Source: Calditrichaceae bacterium (GTDB lineage: Bacteria; Calditrichota; Calditrichia; Calditrichales; JBFXGD01). Taken from it: 64,000 bases of DNA. The position numbers and the translations under genes are program-made. Location of the stretch: NCBI GenBank assembly GCA_050173015.1, contig JBFXLE010000014.1, positions 1 through 64,000 on the forward strand, written 5' to 3'. Below are positions 1 through 9,899 of the stretch, one piece after another (the first letter of the stretch is position 1; each line of letters begins with the position of its first letter). Under the pieces are notes generated by a model. That model ran no database searches. It was given only the letters and a program-made list of their open reading frames with translations, and was not told where the DNA came from.

Positions 1-2
1 TG

Positions 3-536
3 GGGTATCCGATTGAACCGCATAAAGTGATGCGGAATTTGCTGATGACCGGTGAGGCAAAAGAACGGATGAGTCTGTGGGCTCAGTACTGTTGTGAATG
101 CAATGTGTGTTCCTATATCGCCTGTCCGGAAAATCTTGATCCAAAGAGTATTTGTGTTGATGCCAAAAAACTGCTCCGTGAAAATGGTATATCCCGTTCG
201 GCGGAAGAATTGGATGTCTTGTTCAGAGATGTTCATCCTGCGAGAACGGGACGTGAAGTTCCCATCAGCCGTTTATACCAGCGCCTGGGATTGAAAAAAT
301 ATGACCGTCACGCGGAATATATTGATACAAATCTGCGGCCTGATTCGGTTATTATACCTTTGGATTCACACATCGGACAACCGTCCCGACCATCCGTGAA
401 AGTAGGTCAACACGTTAATGCGGGAGATATGGTCGGTCAGGTTGATGAAAAAAGTTTGGGGTGTCCCGCGCACGCGAGTCAGGGGGGGACCGTAACATTA
501 ATCGACTCTCGCGGAGTTCATATTTCCAGGGATTAA
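3..536 (+). CDS. PduS/RnfC-like 4Fe-4S flavoprotein (BMC-associated), 5'-truncated by window edge
   Basis: Frame is open from position 3 (GYPIEPHKVMR). Ferredoxin motif CCECNVCSYIACP and C-terminal sandwich domain (HIGQPSRPSVKVGQHV...HAS..G.V). Sits directly upstream of a PduT-like gene, matching the pduS-pduT order. Confidence 0.75.
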   Translation, partial: GYPIEPHKVMRNLLMTGEAKERMSLWAQYCCECNVCSYIACPENLDPKSICVDAKKLLRENGISRSAEELDVLFRDVHPARTGREVPISRLYQRLGLKKYDRHAEYIDTNLRPDSVIIPLDSHIGQPSRPSVKVGQHVNAGDMVGQVDEKSLGCPAHASQGGTVTLIDSRGVHISRD

Positions 537-553
537 ATAAAATGGGTATAAAA

Positions 554-1102
554 ATGAGTGCTGCCATCGGTATTGTGGAAACATCAAGTATAGCCAAAGG
601 CTTTGAGGTAGCAGATGCAGTTTTAAAAAGAGCCAATGTAGAAATTGTTGTGAACAGGACTATTTGTCCCGGAAAATATATGGTGCTTATTGGTGGTGAT
701 GTTGACGCGGTCAATGCCAGTATTGAGGCGGGCGTGGAGATAGGCGCGCATACTGTCGTCGATCATTTCATCATCCCAAATATTCATCGGGATGTATTCC
801 CGGCATTAAGCGGAGTCTCGCATTTGCCGGAATTAAACGCGCTTGGAGTGATAGAATCATTTTCTGTGGCATCGATTATTGAAGCTGCTGACGCGGCGGT
901 AAAAGCAGCAGATATTCAGCTGCTGAATATCCATGTGGCGATGGCTATCGGAGGAAAAGGCTTTGTAACTTTCACGGGAGATGTTGCCGCGGTTAAAGCG
1001 GCGGTGGATGCCGGGACAGAAATTTGTATCAAAAAAGGCCTGTTGGTTGAATCAGTAGTCATACCATCACCAAGAAAAGAAATCATATCTGAGTTTATTT
1101 AG
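554..1102 (+). CDS. pduT: Tandem BMC-domain shell protein, PduT-like
   Basis: MSAAIGIVETSSIAKGFEVADAVLK...TICPGKYMVLIGGDVDAV, then a second BMC domain (ALGVIESFSVASIIEAADAAVKAA). 182 aa. The Cys in ICPGK is the PduT Fe-S ligand position. Confidence 0.85.
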   Translation: MSAAIGIVETSSIAKGFEVADAVLKRANVEIVVNRTICPGKYMVLIGGDVDAVNASIEAGVEIGAHTVVDHFIIPNIHRDVFPALSGVSHLPELNALGVIESFSVASIIEAADAAVKAADIQLLNIHVAMAIGGKGFVTFTGDVAAVKAAVDAGTEICIKKGLLVESVVIPSPRKEIISEFI

Positions 1103-1156
1103 TTTAAATGTGGTTCATAACTATTGAATTCACAAGTAAACGGGGAGTATAAATTT

Positions 1157-1846
1157 ATGAGATTTATAACAATATTTATTTCGGTCGTGTTCATATTCAC
1201 CCTCAATTCCTGTCAAAAAAGAGTGCTTCTCGTTGAAAAAGACGACAAATCATTCGATTTAGCGGCCTTTTCTGAAAAACGCATGGTGGTGATGCCCTTA
1301 CTGATTGTTGATAATCTGTATAATTTTAAAAGTGAACGGTTTAATTTCAAATTTGATGCAAAGGACTACCGGGAACTTGAATACTACTCACACACAGCTT
1401 TGGTGAACGCGTTGACAGAAATTGGCAGATTTGAAGTAGTTACCAGAGTAAATCCCGACAGTCTGGGTAAATATAATCTGACACGATTTTTTATAATCGA
1501 CAGGATGCGTTCTCACAACAGATTATTCGCCAGGGATACCGTGGCGATTAATAATTATGCGATAAAGTCTAATGCTGATTTTGTAATGATTCCGGTGTCA
1601 CTGCTTTTAAGTCATGAAAGCAGTGATGATAAAAAAATCAAGAGTACGGATGCCGCCGAACCCGGAATTATGGCAAAAATTGATTACGCGGTCTGGTCAG
1701 CAAAAAGCAGTAGGATCGTAATTCACGGACAGACCGAAGCTCTGGTATCACGCGGCGGTATGCTGGATGGGGCCCTGGGCCGAAATCCGGTTAAAATTTC
1801 AATCGACGAAGCATGCAGGAATCTGGCGCGGAAATTTGCTGAATAA
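1157..1846 (+). CDS. Hypothetical lipoprotein
   Basis: GGGGAG upstream of ATG 1157; hydrophobic signal followed by lipobox-like LNSC. Confidence 0.65.
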   Translation: MRFITIFISVVFIFTLNSCQKRVLLVEKDDKSFDLAAFSEKRMVVMPLLIVDNLYNFKSERFNFKFDAKDYRELEYYSHTALVNALTEIGRFEVVTRVNPDSLGKYNLTRFFIIDRMRSHNRLFARDTVAINNYAIKSNADFVMIPVSLLLSHESSDDKKIKSTDAAEPGIMAKIDYAVWSAKSSRIVIHGQTEALVSRGGMLDGALGRNPVKISIDEACRNLARKFAE

Positions 1847-1918
1847 TTTTGAACGACAAATTTTGTGGTTCATAGAACATGAGTGAACATAGATATAGAT
1901 ATAAAAAAGGAGTTGGAA

Positions 1919-3187
1919 GTGGAAGCAGTAAATCAAATCATCATTTATATCATGATGATCTTCATGATAATCGGGGCTGTAGACCGGATATTCGCGCAAT
2001 TTGGCGGGTCATCAAAACTATTAAGTAAAATAGGGCTAAAAAGAATCGGAAACGGGATCGATGGGGCCGGAGAACAGTTTGAAGAAGGCTTTATGGCCAT
2101 GGGAGCTCTCGCATTGGCAATGGTTGGTGTCATTTCTCTCGCGCCCGTATTGAAAGCTATCCTGGGTCCCGCGGTAATACCTGTTTATGAATTTCTGGGA
2201 GCCAGTCCGGCAATGTTTGCCACCTCATTACTCGCGAATGATATGGGTGGGTATTTTTTGGCGAAAGAGCTGGCTACGGTAGGAACTACTATTGATTATC
2301 CTGCCTGGATGTACGCCGGTTTGATTTTAGGGGCGATGATGGGCCCGACGATAGTTTTCTCGATACCTGTGGGGTTGGGTATCATTGAAAAAGAAGATCG
2401 TCATTTTTTAGCGCTTGGCATTTTGGCCGGTATTGTGACCATTCCTCTAGGATGTATCGCAGGCGGTATGGTGGCAATATATTCCAATATTCAAGCTGCC
2501 GACGGCACGCCGATCATTTTTAGCTATGCTTTGATTTTTAAGAATTTGGTTCCCGTAGTATTGTTTTCCGCGTTAATCGCTCTGGGATTGTGGAGAATTC
2601 CAAATGCTATGATCAAAGGATTTCTTGTCTTTGGAAAATTACTGGTAGCCTTGATTACACTTGGTTTAGCATCGATCGTTTGGGAAACGATGACAGGTAT
2701 GGCGATTATACCGGGAATGCATCCAATCTTTCCAATTACCGGAGATGTCCCCGGGGTTGATTTGCGCGCTATGGAAGTGATCGGCTGGATCGCGGTAATG
2801 CTGCTTGGGGCCTATCCAATGGTTTTTCTGGTCTCACGCTGGTTTGAAAAACCTCTACTAAGCGCCGGGCAAAAACTTGGGATGAACAGTATGGCGGCTG
2901 CGGGAATGATTGCGACTTTGGCGAATAATATTCCCATGTTCAAAGTTATGAAAAATATGGATAACAGAGGCAAAGTTCTCAATGTTGCCTTTGCGGTAAG
3001 CGCCGCTTTTACATTGGGGGACCATCTTGGCTTTACGGCGGCAAATAAGCCTGATATGATATTTTCAGTTATAGTTGGAAAGTTGGTCGGCGGTGTTACA
3101 GCGGTCATGTTTGCCATGCTGATTGCCCCGAAGAGAGACGCGGTAAATGAAAAAGAAATAATCAATGAAAAGGTGATTTCTAAATAG
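1919..3187 (+). CDS. eutH: Ethanolamine permease EutH
   Basis: Close resemblance to EutH throughout (QFEEGFMAMGAL, NDMGGYFLAKEL, MMGPTIVFSIPV, ATLANNIPMF, AVSAAFTLGDHLGF). AGGAG RBS before GTG 1919. Confidence 0.92.
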   Translation: MEAVNQIIIYIMMIFMIIGAVDRIFAQFGGSSKLLSKIGLKRIGNGIDGAGEQFEEGFMAMGALALAMVGVISLAPVLKAILGPAVIPVYEFLGASPAMFATSLLANDMGGYFLAKELATVGTTIDYPAWMYAGLILGAMMGPTIVFSIPVGLGIIEKEDRHFLALGILAGIVTIPLGCIAGGMVAIYSNIQAADGTPIIFSYALIFKNLVPVVLFSALIALGLWRIPNAMIKGFLVFGKLLVALITLGLASIVWETMTGMAIIPGMHPIFPITGDVPGVDLRAMEVIGWIAVMLLGAYPMVFLVSRWFEKPLLSAGQKLGMNSMAAAGMIATLANNIPMFKVMKNMDNRGKVLNVAFAVSAAFTLGDHLGFTAANKPDMIFSVIVGKLVGGVTAVMFAMLIAPKRDAVNEKEIINEKVISK

Positions 3188-3236
3188 AGTGAATCAGCTG
3201 GAGAAATTAATAATAAAACTCTTTTCCTCCTCCACG

Positions 3237-3272
3237 AATAGCCCGTCTAAAAGAAGGCGGGCTATTTTTTTT
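3237..3272 (+). terminator. Rho-independent terminator after eutH
   Basis: AATAGCCCGTCT / AGGCGGGCTATT stem (one G-U pair) followed by a T run. Confidence 0.85.
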
Positions 3273-3613
3273 AATACGTGATAATCTATATAAAATCAAT
3301 TTTGTTCTTACAATGGTTTTATTTTTTAGTTGAATTGAGAAATTTTTGTATCTACTTTAATCATAGTAGAAGAATTGTAAGTTATAAACAATATAGTGAT
3401 TTGTTTCACATAGTATATGAGAGGACAAACCTTTTTTAAAGCGAAATAATTCAACCTCGTCTGAAATCAACGTCGCGCCGCAATTGGAAGTTATCACATC
3501 TGAACCGGAGTCATCATTTTACTATTCTATCCTCGTAAAAAAGAATGATTCAAAATATAAATATTGAAGTATCATCAACATCTAAACTATAAACATACGA
3601 AAAGGAGAATTCA

Positions 3614-4660
3614 ATGGTCGGCATTGTAGGATATGGTGCCTATATTCCAAGGTATCGAATCAAGGTTGAAGCCATTGCGGCGCAATGGGGTACCGATGCG
3701 GCAAGTTTCCGTAAAGGCCTGATGGTGGATGAAAAATCCGTTCCGGCTCCTGATCAGGACACAATCACGATGTCTGTTGAAGCAACCCGAAGGGCGCTTC
3801 AGCGGGCGGGAATTGATCCGGCGAAAATAGGGGCGGTTTATATCGGGTCTGAATCGCATCCTTATGCGGTTAAACCAAGCGGCACAACTCTGGCAGAAGC
3901 GATCAAAGCGGTTCCGGATGTTCATTGCGCGGACTTCGAGTTTGCCTGCAAGGCCGGTTCCGAAGCGATGTATGTGGCTATGCGTCTGGTGGCGGCCGGT
4001 GATATGGAATATGCTCTTGCCGTAGGAGGTGACACTTCACAGGGGGCGCCGGGAGACGCGCTGGAATATACCGCCTCCGCCGGCGCGGCTTCCTACATCA
4101 TGGGAAAGGACAATTTAATTGCCGAATGTGAGACCACCTATTCGTTTATGACGGATACACCGGACTTCTGGCGCCGCGATCTCCAATTTTATCCTCAACA
4201 CGGCGGGAGATTTACAGGTGAGCCGGCTTACTTCAAACACAGCTATAATTGCGCCAAAAATACAATGGATAAAGCAGGAGCAAAAGCATCCGATTTTGCC
4301 TTTGCTGTATTTCACCAACCCAATGGAAAATTTCCGACAAGAGTCGCGAAAATGCTGGGATTTACTAAGGAACAATACACTCAGGGGCTGCTGTGTCCAA
4401 AAATCGGCAACACCTATTCCGGGGCGTCTCCTCTGGGACTGACAGCTGTTCTGGATATCGCGAAGCCGGGAGACAAAATATTAATGGTTTCATACGGTTC
4501 CGGGGCGGGGAGTGATGGATTTATCTGGAAGGTGACCAACCGGATTACAGAAGTTCAGGATAAAGCGGTCAAAACATGGGACATGATTAACGGCGAGAAG
4601 GTATATCTGGATTACGGACTTTATTCAAAATACCGTCGTAAGATTATTAAAAACAACTAA
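3614..4660 (+). CDS. Hydroxymethylglutaryl-CoA synthase, archaeal type
   Basis: GIVGYGAYIPRYRI, GSESHPYAVKP (Glu), EFACKAG (catalytic Cys), FHQPNGKFP (His), IGNTYSG, VSYGSGAGSD. AAGGAG RBS. Confidence 0.88.
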   Translation: MVGIVGYGAYIPRYRIKVEAIAAQWGTDAASFRKGLMVDEKSVPAPDQDTITMSVEATRRALQRAGIDPAKIGAVYIGSESHPYAVKPSGTTLAEAIKAVPDVHCADFEFACKAGSEAMYVAMRLVAAGDMEYALAVGGDTSQGAPGDALEYTASAGAASYIMGKDNLIAECETTYSFMTDTPDFWRRDLQFYPQHGGRFTGEPAYFKHSYNCAKNTMDKAGAKASDFAFAVFHQPNGKFPTRVAKMLGFTKEQYTQGLLCPKIGNTYSGASPLGLTAVLDIAKPGDKILMVSYGSGAGSDGFIWKVTNRITEVQDKAVKTWDMINGEKVYLDYGLYSKYRRKIIKNN

Positions 4661-4702
4661 TAATCAAAATGGAATTTTAAAAGACAATTTCAGGAGAATA
4701 AA

Positions 4703-5863
4703 ATGAGTCGAGATGTGGCAATTATTGGAATTGGATACAGCAAATGGGGCGAGCTTTGGGAGAATTCCCTTCGTGATATTTTTGTTGAAGCTGCCCTTAA
4801 CGCCATCGATGATGCGGGTGTGGACAAAATAGATTCCATGTATATCGGAAACATGAGCGGCGGACTCTTTAACGGACAGGAGCATATCGCGTCTCTGATG
4901 GCGGATTATCTTGGTGTGGCGCCTATTCCTTCAACAAGAGTTGAATCGGCCTGCAGTTCAGGTTCCCTGGCTGTTAAAATGGGGTATATGGATGTGGCGC
5001 TGGGATTGAGTGATGTGGTTCTTGTCGGCGGCGTTGAGAAAATGACGGATGTGGATACCGATGAAGCGACCTATGCCCTGGCAAGCGCGGCGGATCAGGA
5101 TTTCGAAGTGTATCATGGAATCACGTTTCCCGGTCTTTACGCGATGATGGCCAGAACGCATATGGAAAAATATGGTACAACACGCGAACAATTGGCCCGG
5201 GTTGCGGTGAAAAATCACTTTCATGGATCAATGAATCCTATGGCTCAGTATCCGCAAAAAATTACAGTCGACGCGGTTATAAATTCGGTAATGGTTGCGG
5301 ACCCGCTTAGAATTCTGGACTGTTCACCAATCACCGACGGGGCCGCGGCGCTTATTCTTTGTCCGGTGGAACTTGCCCGGAAAATAAGCAAAAAACCGCC
5401 GGTTAAGATCATAGGACTAGGGCATGCGACGGATTCCATTGCCCTGCACAGCAGGAAAGACCTGACAAAATTGAACGCGACCATCAAAGCGGCGGAAGCG
5501 GCATACAAAATGGCCGGTGTGAATCCGGGTAAAATCGATGTGGCGGAAGTTCATGATTGTTTTACCATCGCTGAAATATGTATCCTTGAATCTATTGGAT
5601 TTGCTGAAACCGGTAAGGGGGGCGAAGCGACGGCATCCGGGATGACTACCCTGGGAGGTAAAATTCCGGTGAATACCAGCGGTGGACTGAAATCAAAAGG
5701 GCATCCCGTCGGAGCTACGGGAGTCGCCCAGATCGGTGAAATTGTTAATCAACTGCGTGGAACAGCGGGTGACCGACAAGTGAAAGACGCGCGGATAGGA
5801 TTGACACAGAACATGGGCGGAAGCGGAGGAAGCACATTAATTCATATTATGGAGGTGATGTAA
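4703..5863 (+). CDS. Acetyl-CoA acetyltransferase (archaeal/SCP2-type thiolase)
   Basis: VESACSSG (Cys), [37 protein letters not shown]. Confidence 0.88.
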   Translation: MSRDVAIIGIGYSKWGELWENSLRDIFVEAALNAIDDAGVDKIDSMYIGNMSGGLFNGQEHIASLMADYLGVAPIPSTRVESACSSGSLAVKMGYMDVALGLSDVVLVGGVEKMTDVDTDEATYALASAADQDFEVYHGITFPGLYAMMARTHMEKYGTTREQLARVAVKNHFHGSMNPMAQYPQKITVDAVINSVMVADPLRILDCSPITDGAAALILCPVELARKISKKPPVKIIGLGHATDSIALHSRKDLTKLNATIKAAEAAYKMAGVNPGKIDVAEVHDCFTIAEICILESIGFAETGKGGEATASGMTTLGGKIPVNTSGGLKSKGHPVGATGVAQIGEIVNQLRGTAGDRQVKDARIGLTQNMGGSGGSTLIHIMEVM

Positions 5864-6261
5864 TGTCGGTACCAAAATATTGGCGTGAAATGCCTCATCG
5901 ATATCGTCTGGAAGCGGGAAAATGTAAAAAGTGCGGAAAAGTGGCCTTCCCAAACCGGCTGATTTGTCCGGAATGCAAGGGCCGTGAATTCGAAAAAGTG
6001 GAATTGAGCCGCAATGGCAAACTGATTACTTATACGGTGATACATGTGTCACCAAGTAAATTCAATGATCAGGTACCCTACGCAGTCGGAATCGTTGAGC
6101 TGAATGATAATGTCAGACTGCTTTGTCAGATAAGTGATTGTGATGTGAATGCATTAAAAACCCGGATACCGGTTCGTATCGAATTCAGGCGGGTATCATC
6201 CGAGGGAGAAGCGGGAATCATCAATTACGGATATAAATGCGTTCCCGTCCGGGAAAATTAG
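5863..6261 (+). CDS. DUF35 Zn-ribbon/OB-fold scaffold protein
   Basis: CKKC...CPEC Zn ribbon plus OB fold (GKLITYTVIH...PYAVGIVEL). Stop/start overlap TAATG with the thiolase gene. Confidence 0.88.
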   Translation: MSVPKYWREMPHRYRLEAGKCKKCGKVAFPNRLICPECKGREFEKVELSRNGKLITYTVIHVSPSKFNDQVPYAVGIVELNDNVRLLCQISDCDVNALKTRIPVRIEFRRVSSEGEAGIINYGYKCVPVREN

Positions 6262-6268
6262 CGAATGT

Positions 6269-6316
6269 GGATGCGGGCATGAATCTTGTCTCCATCTTTT
6301 CTGCCTGCATCCTTTT
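6269..6316 (+). terminator. Possible terminator hairpin after DUF35 gene
   Basis: GGATGCGGGCA / TGCCTGCATCC stem with a 22-nt loop, followed by TTTT. The loop is large for a terminator. Confidence 0.45.
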
Positions 6317-6366
6317 AATCGCGATTAAAACAAATGATGTTCCTGAATGGATAAGAGGATAAACAT

Positions 6367-6558
6367 ATGTATCATCTGGAATTAACAGCAAAAGAAAAAG
6401 AAGTGCTCCTGAGAGTGCTCGAAAATCAGCTGGCTGACCTAAAAGAAGAATATGTGGAATCCGAATGCAATTATTTCAGGGAGCAGCTCCGGGAAAAAAG
6501 CGATACCATCACACACTTACTTTATGAACTGAAGCAATCGAGGGATGACTGGAATTAA
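6367..6558 (+). CDS. Small hypothetical helical protein (63 aa)
   Basis: AAGAGG RBS; amphipathic helical composition. Confidence 0.6.
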   Translation: MYHLELTAKEKEVLLRVLENQLADLKEEYVESECNYFREQLREKSDTITHLLYELKQSRDDWN

Positions 6559-7082
6559 GTGGTTTGATCTCTACCGCGATGGATAAAGAAATTAGCGAAA
6601 TTTAAGTTTTGAATTATCAGGAAGAGTAATTTGCCGTTATCGCGGACAACCTTCGCATAGATTGCAGGCGTTGAGGTGATAAACAATAACGGCGGCATGT
6701 AAAGGATGAAATAGATTATCCGTCCGGCGGATTCTCATCCCGGATTAATTTTGTATCATGACACGCGGAAGAAGTATCTTTTCCATATTTTTCCGTTTGA
6801 TAAATTTTTTTCCCGTGGATATCATCCTGAAATGCCCGCGTTCCGGCTTCGTGGATCGTTTTCCTTATTCAATTATCTTGAAATATACGCTCTCGCGCTT
6901 TTTACCTATCTGCAGAGGCAGTTCATATCCTGATCTCAACTCATTGAGTATCAAGTCCGGAATATATTTCGCTAAAAACGTGATGAATGACGTTGATTCC
7001 GTATGGCGCACAGATATATATTCATTAGCTTGTTTGAGAATAAATTCGCAAAATATTTCACAAAAAATCGACGGAGTTGAGA

Positions 7083-9599
7083 ATGTGTGGTGTTGTTTCC
7101 CTGATCTATGAAAATGAAAATTCAAATCTGGGCCTTGAAGCCGCCTGGTTGCTAAAGAAACTGGAATATAGAGGATACGACTCAACCGGAGCCGCGTTTA
7201 TCAGTGGTGATAAGGTCATTTTGAAAAAAAAGACCGGCGCTCCGTCAAAAGTGATAGATCAGTTAAAAATTGATCGGTGTACCGGTAAAAAATTTATCGG
7301 TCAGGTGCGATGGGCCACGTTCGGAGCTGTGAATGATGAAAACGCGCAGCCGCATAAAGCAGATTGTCTGGTGAGAATGGTTGGCGCCCACAACGGTAAT
7401 ATTTCGAACACTGACGCGTTAAAACAATTCCTTCAGGAAAACGGCCATACGGTTATTTCAGATAATGACGGAGAGATGCTGGTTCATATGGTGGAGCATA
7501 GTTTCCACGGAATATTAAATGGAAAAGACCCCGGCAGGCTGTCGGCAAAAGAAGCCGGAGAGATGATGATTAGAGCGGTGCGGGAGGCTGACTCCAAAAT
7601 TAGCGGCTCATATGCCGCATGTGTGACAATGGATGCATTGGACGGAATCGTCGCTATTAAGGCGGGTTCATCACTATACGCGGGCAGGGGCAACGATGAG
7701 AATGGCGAATTTATTGTGGTATCATCGGATTTAACATCCGTATTGTCAAAAACCCGTTTTTTGATTCCGCTTTCAGAGGGTGAAGGAATACTTTACAATC
7801 ACCATGATTATAAAGTTTTTTCGCTGAAGGAAGAGAAAGAATATGTACCGCCGCTGAAGAGATCCAGACTGAATATTTCCGATATCACTTTGCGTCCGGA
7901 ATATCAGTTTTTCATGGAGCAGGAGATATTTTCGACTCCCGCCAACTTTGATCTGCTGTTTTTGTATTATTTTTCAGATCCGAAGGACAAATTAATTTTT
8001 GATTTGTTTGAAAAAAATAAGAACGGATGGAAAAATTTATATTCACAATTATTATCGTTATATGATGTTTTTGATCCGGTTCGATTAGTAAAAATGACTG
8101 AAGATCTCGTACATTCTGAATTCTTTGGGGAAATAGAAAAAAATCTTGATGATTCCGACAAACCTGAATTTGTATCCCAGAACGCGCAGCTTCTCGGAGA
8201 GATAGCTGAACTGAATCCATCAATTATTTCAAAACTGGCTGTTCTTGACAGATTATCGGTTTGGAAAAAGAAACGCAGAATTATCCACTACAGGGATGTT
8301 TTGATAAAATATATGGATGAAAAGAATGCCGCCGGCGGGAAAATCTATCTGATTGGCGCCGGTACCTCTCATCATGCCTCCCTGATAGGCGGTTACTTTT
8401 TTAATAATCTTGCGAATATTCCGGTTATACCGGTCAATCCGGGGGCATTTCGTTCGATGTATCTGAACAGTCTGAATAAAAATGATTTATTGATTGCAGT
8501 TTCTCAATCCGGTGAAACAAAGGATGTTGTGGATGTCATTAATGATGTAAAAATTCTCTACCCTGTTGATAAGATTACTACTATCGCGATCGTCAATAAT
8601 GAAAATTCAACCATTCCTCAGGAAAAAGCGGATTTTTACCTGCCGATACTGTGCGGGACGGAAATTGCGGTTGCCGCTACAAAATCATTTACCAGTCAAT
8701 GCGCGTTATTTTATCTGCTTGCTTCATTGATTTTGAATAATGAAGAGACCGGGAAGAAAAAATTGGCGGATATTTCACTTGCCATCGATGAAACCTTAAA
8801 GAACTATGATCAGGTGATCACCGACCTTTCCGGAAAATTCTTTTTAAAGCCATCCCTTCATATTTTAGGTACTTCTCTCATTGGACTTGCCAAGGAGGGC
8901 GCGCTTAAAATAAGAGAAGTTGTCTTAAACCATTCGGAAGGATTTGATACCGCGGAATTTAAACACGGTCCAAATACCATATTGGGGCGCAACACCATCT
9001 ATTCTCTTAATGAGATGGAAAATGTGCTGGAAAATTTTAGTGATTTTATTCTGAAGATGATCCAAAACGAGGACAGAGGAAATCTGTCCGCCGCTGTCTC
9101 ACTCCTTGAACTTATAAAAGAATATAAGTTTAAAGAATTCAAACCGGAGTGGTTAAACCTGATCGGGGAAAATCAGCCGGGAGCGCATCTTTATGATAAA
9201 TACAAATCAACAGTGAATATAGAAAAGACCTTTACCAATTATCCTTTAATTTTCATATGTTCTCCTGAGGAAAGAGACCGGCGGATCACCATAGCCCAGA
9301 TTCATACTCATAAAATCCGCGGAGCCGATGTGGTTCTGATTGCTGAAGATGATCCTGAACTGGAAAGGGCCGCCAACGGCCGGCCTCAGGGCAACGAAAC
9401 TTATTATTATAACTTTATCCGGCTTCCGAAATCATCTGACAGGAATATCTTTGTTTTTAAGGCAACCGTATTACTTCAATTACTGGCTTTAAAGATGTCC
9501 GTACGCAAAATGAAATATTTAAATCAGTTAAAAGTTGAAACACACGGTGTGCATCCGGATGTGCCAAAAAATGTATCAAAATCCATAACAGTGGATTGA
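7083..9599 (+). CDS. glmS: Glutamine--fructose-6-phosphate aminotransferase GlmS, elongated variant
   Basis: N-terminal MCG (Ntn Cys), LEYRGYDSTG, RWAT, HNG. SIS motifs GTS, SQSGET, VAATKSFT, EGALK, KHGP. C-terminal PKNVSKSITVD. Confidence 0.8.
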   Translation: MCGVVSLIYENENSNLGLEAAWLLKKLEYRGYDSTGAAFISGDKVILKKKTGAPSKVIDQLKIDRCTGKKFIGQVRWATFGAVNDENAQPHKADCLVRMVGAHNGNISNTDALKQFLQENGHTVISDNDGEMLVHMVEHSFHGILNGKDPGRLSAKEAGEMMIRAVREADSKISGSYAACVTMDALDGIVAIKAGSSLYAGRGNDENGEFIVVSSDLTSVLSKTRFLIPLSEGEGILYNHHDYKVFSLKEEKEYVPPLKRSRLNISDITLRPEYQFFMEQEIFSTPANFDLLFLYYFSDPKDKLIFDLFEKNKNGWKNLYSQLLSLYDVFDPVRLVKMTEDLVHSEFFGEIEKNLDDSDKPEFVSQNAQLLGEIAELNPSIISKLAVLDRLSVWKKKRRIIHYRDVLIKYMDEKNAAGGKIYLIGAGTSHHASLIGGYFFNNLANIPVIPVNPGAFRSMYLNSLNKNDLLIAVSQSGETKDVVDVINDVKILYPVDKITTIAIVNNENSTIPQEKADFYLPILCGTEIAVAATKSFTSQCALFYLLASLILNNEETGKKKLADISLAIDETLKNYDQVITDLSGKFFLKPSLHILGTSLIGLAKEGALKIREVVLNHSEGFDTAEFKHGPNTILGRNTIYSLNEMENVLENFSDFILKMIQNEDRGNLSAAVSLLELIKEYKFKEFKPEWLNLIGENQPGAHLYDKYKSTVNIEKTFTNYPLIFICSPEERDRRITIAQIHTHKIRGADVVLIAEDDPELERAANGRPQGNETYYYNFIRLPKSSDRNIFVFKATVLLQLLALKMSVRKMKYLNQLKVETHGVHPDVPKNVSKSITVD

Positions 9600-9899
9600 C
9601 CGGGAATTTTTAACTATTAGATATAATTGATCCGGCGCGTGTTTTTAAGTATCCGGAAGACCTCATCAAAGTATGGCAACGCTCTAAGGCGTCTGACATT
9701 CGATTCCGTTTCAGTAAGAATGCAAAAAAAGACATTGAATTAATCACTCCAAAAGCAACCTTCAGCGTTTCCTTTAAGAAAAATTTATTGCATTTGTTCC
9801 CATAATTTTTAGATTATAAATGAGAATTTTTCCGGTTTGCTCCACAGGTCTTGTGGCGCTTACAGCAACATTCTTTACAATCATTTATCAGGGGGAATT

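Noticed and set aside
3614-6261. PhlABC / DAPG biosynthesis
   Set aside because: The synthase keeps the HMG-CoA synthase catalytic Cys/Glu/His, and no PhlD-like type III PKS is nearby.
6751-7185. ORFs 6751-6933, 6758-7111 and 6865-7185
   Set aside because: No recognisable motifs or RBS, they overlap each other, and two overlap the glmS start.
9650-9720. Moco riboswitch upstream of the Pao-like operon
   Set aside because: Only a loose GACCT...TATGG resemblance; the GNRA hairpin and CCUCCC/GGAAAGGAG elements are missing.
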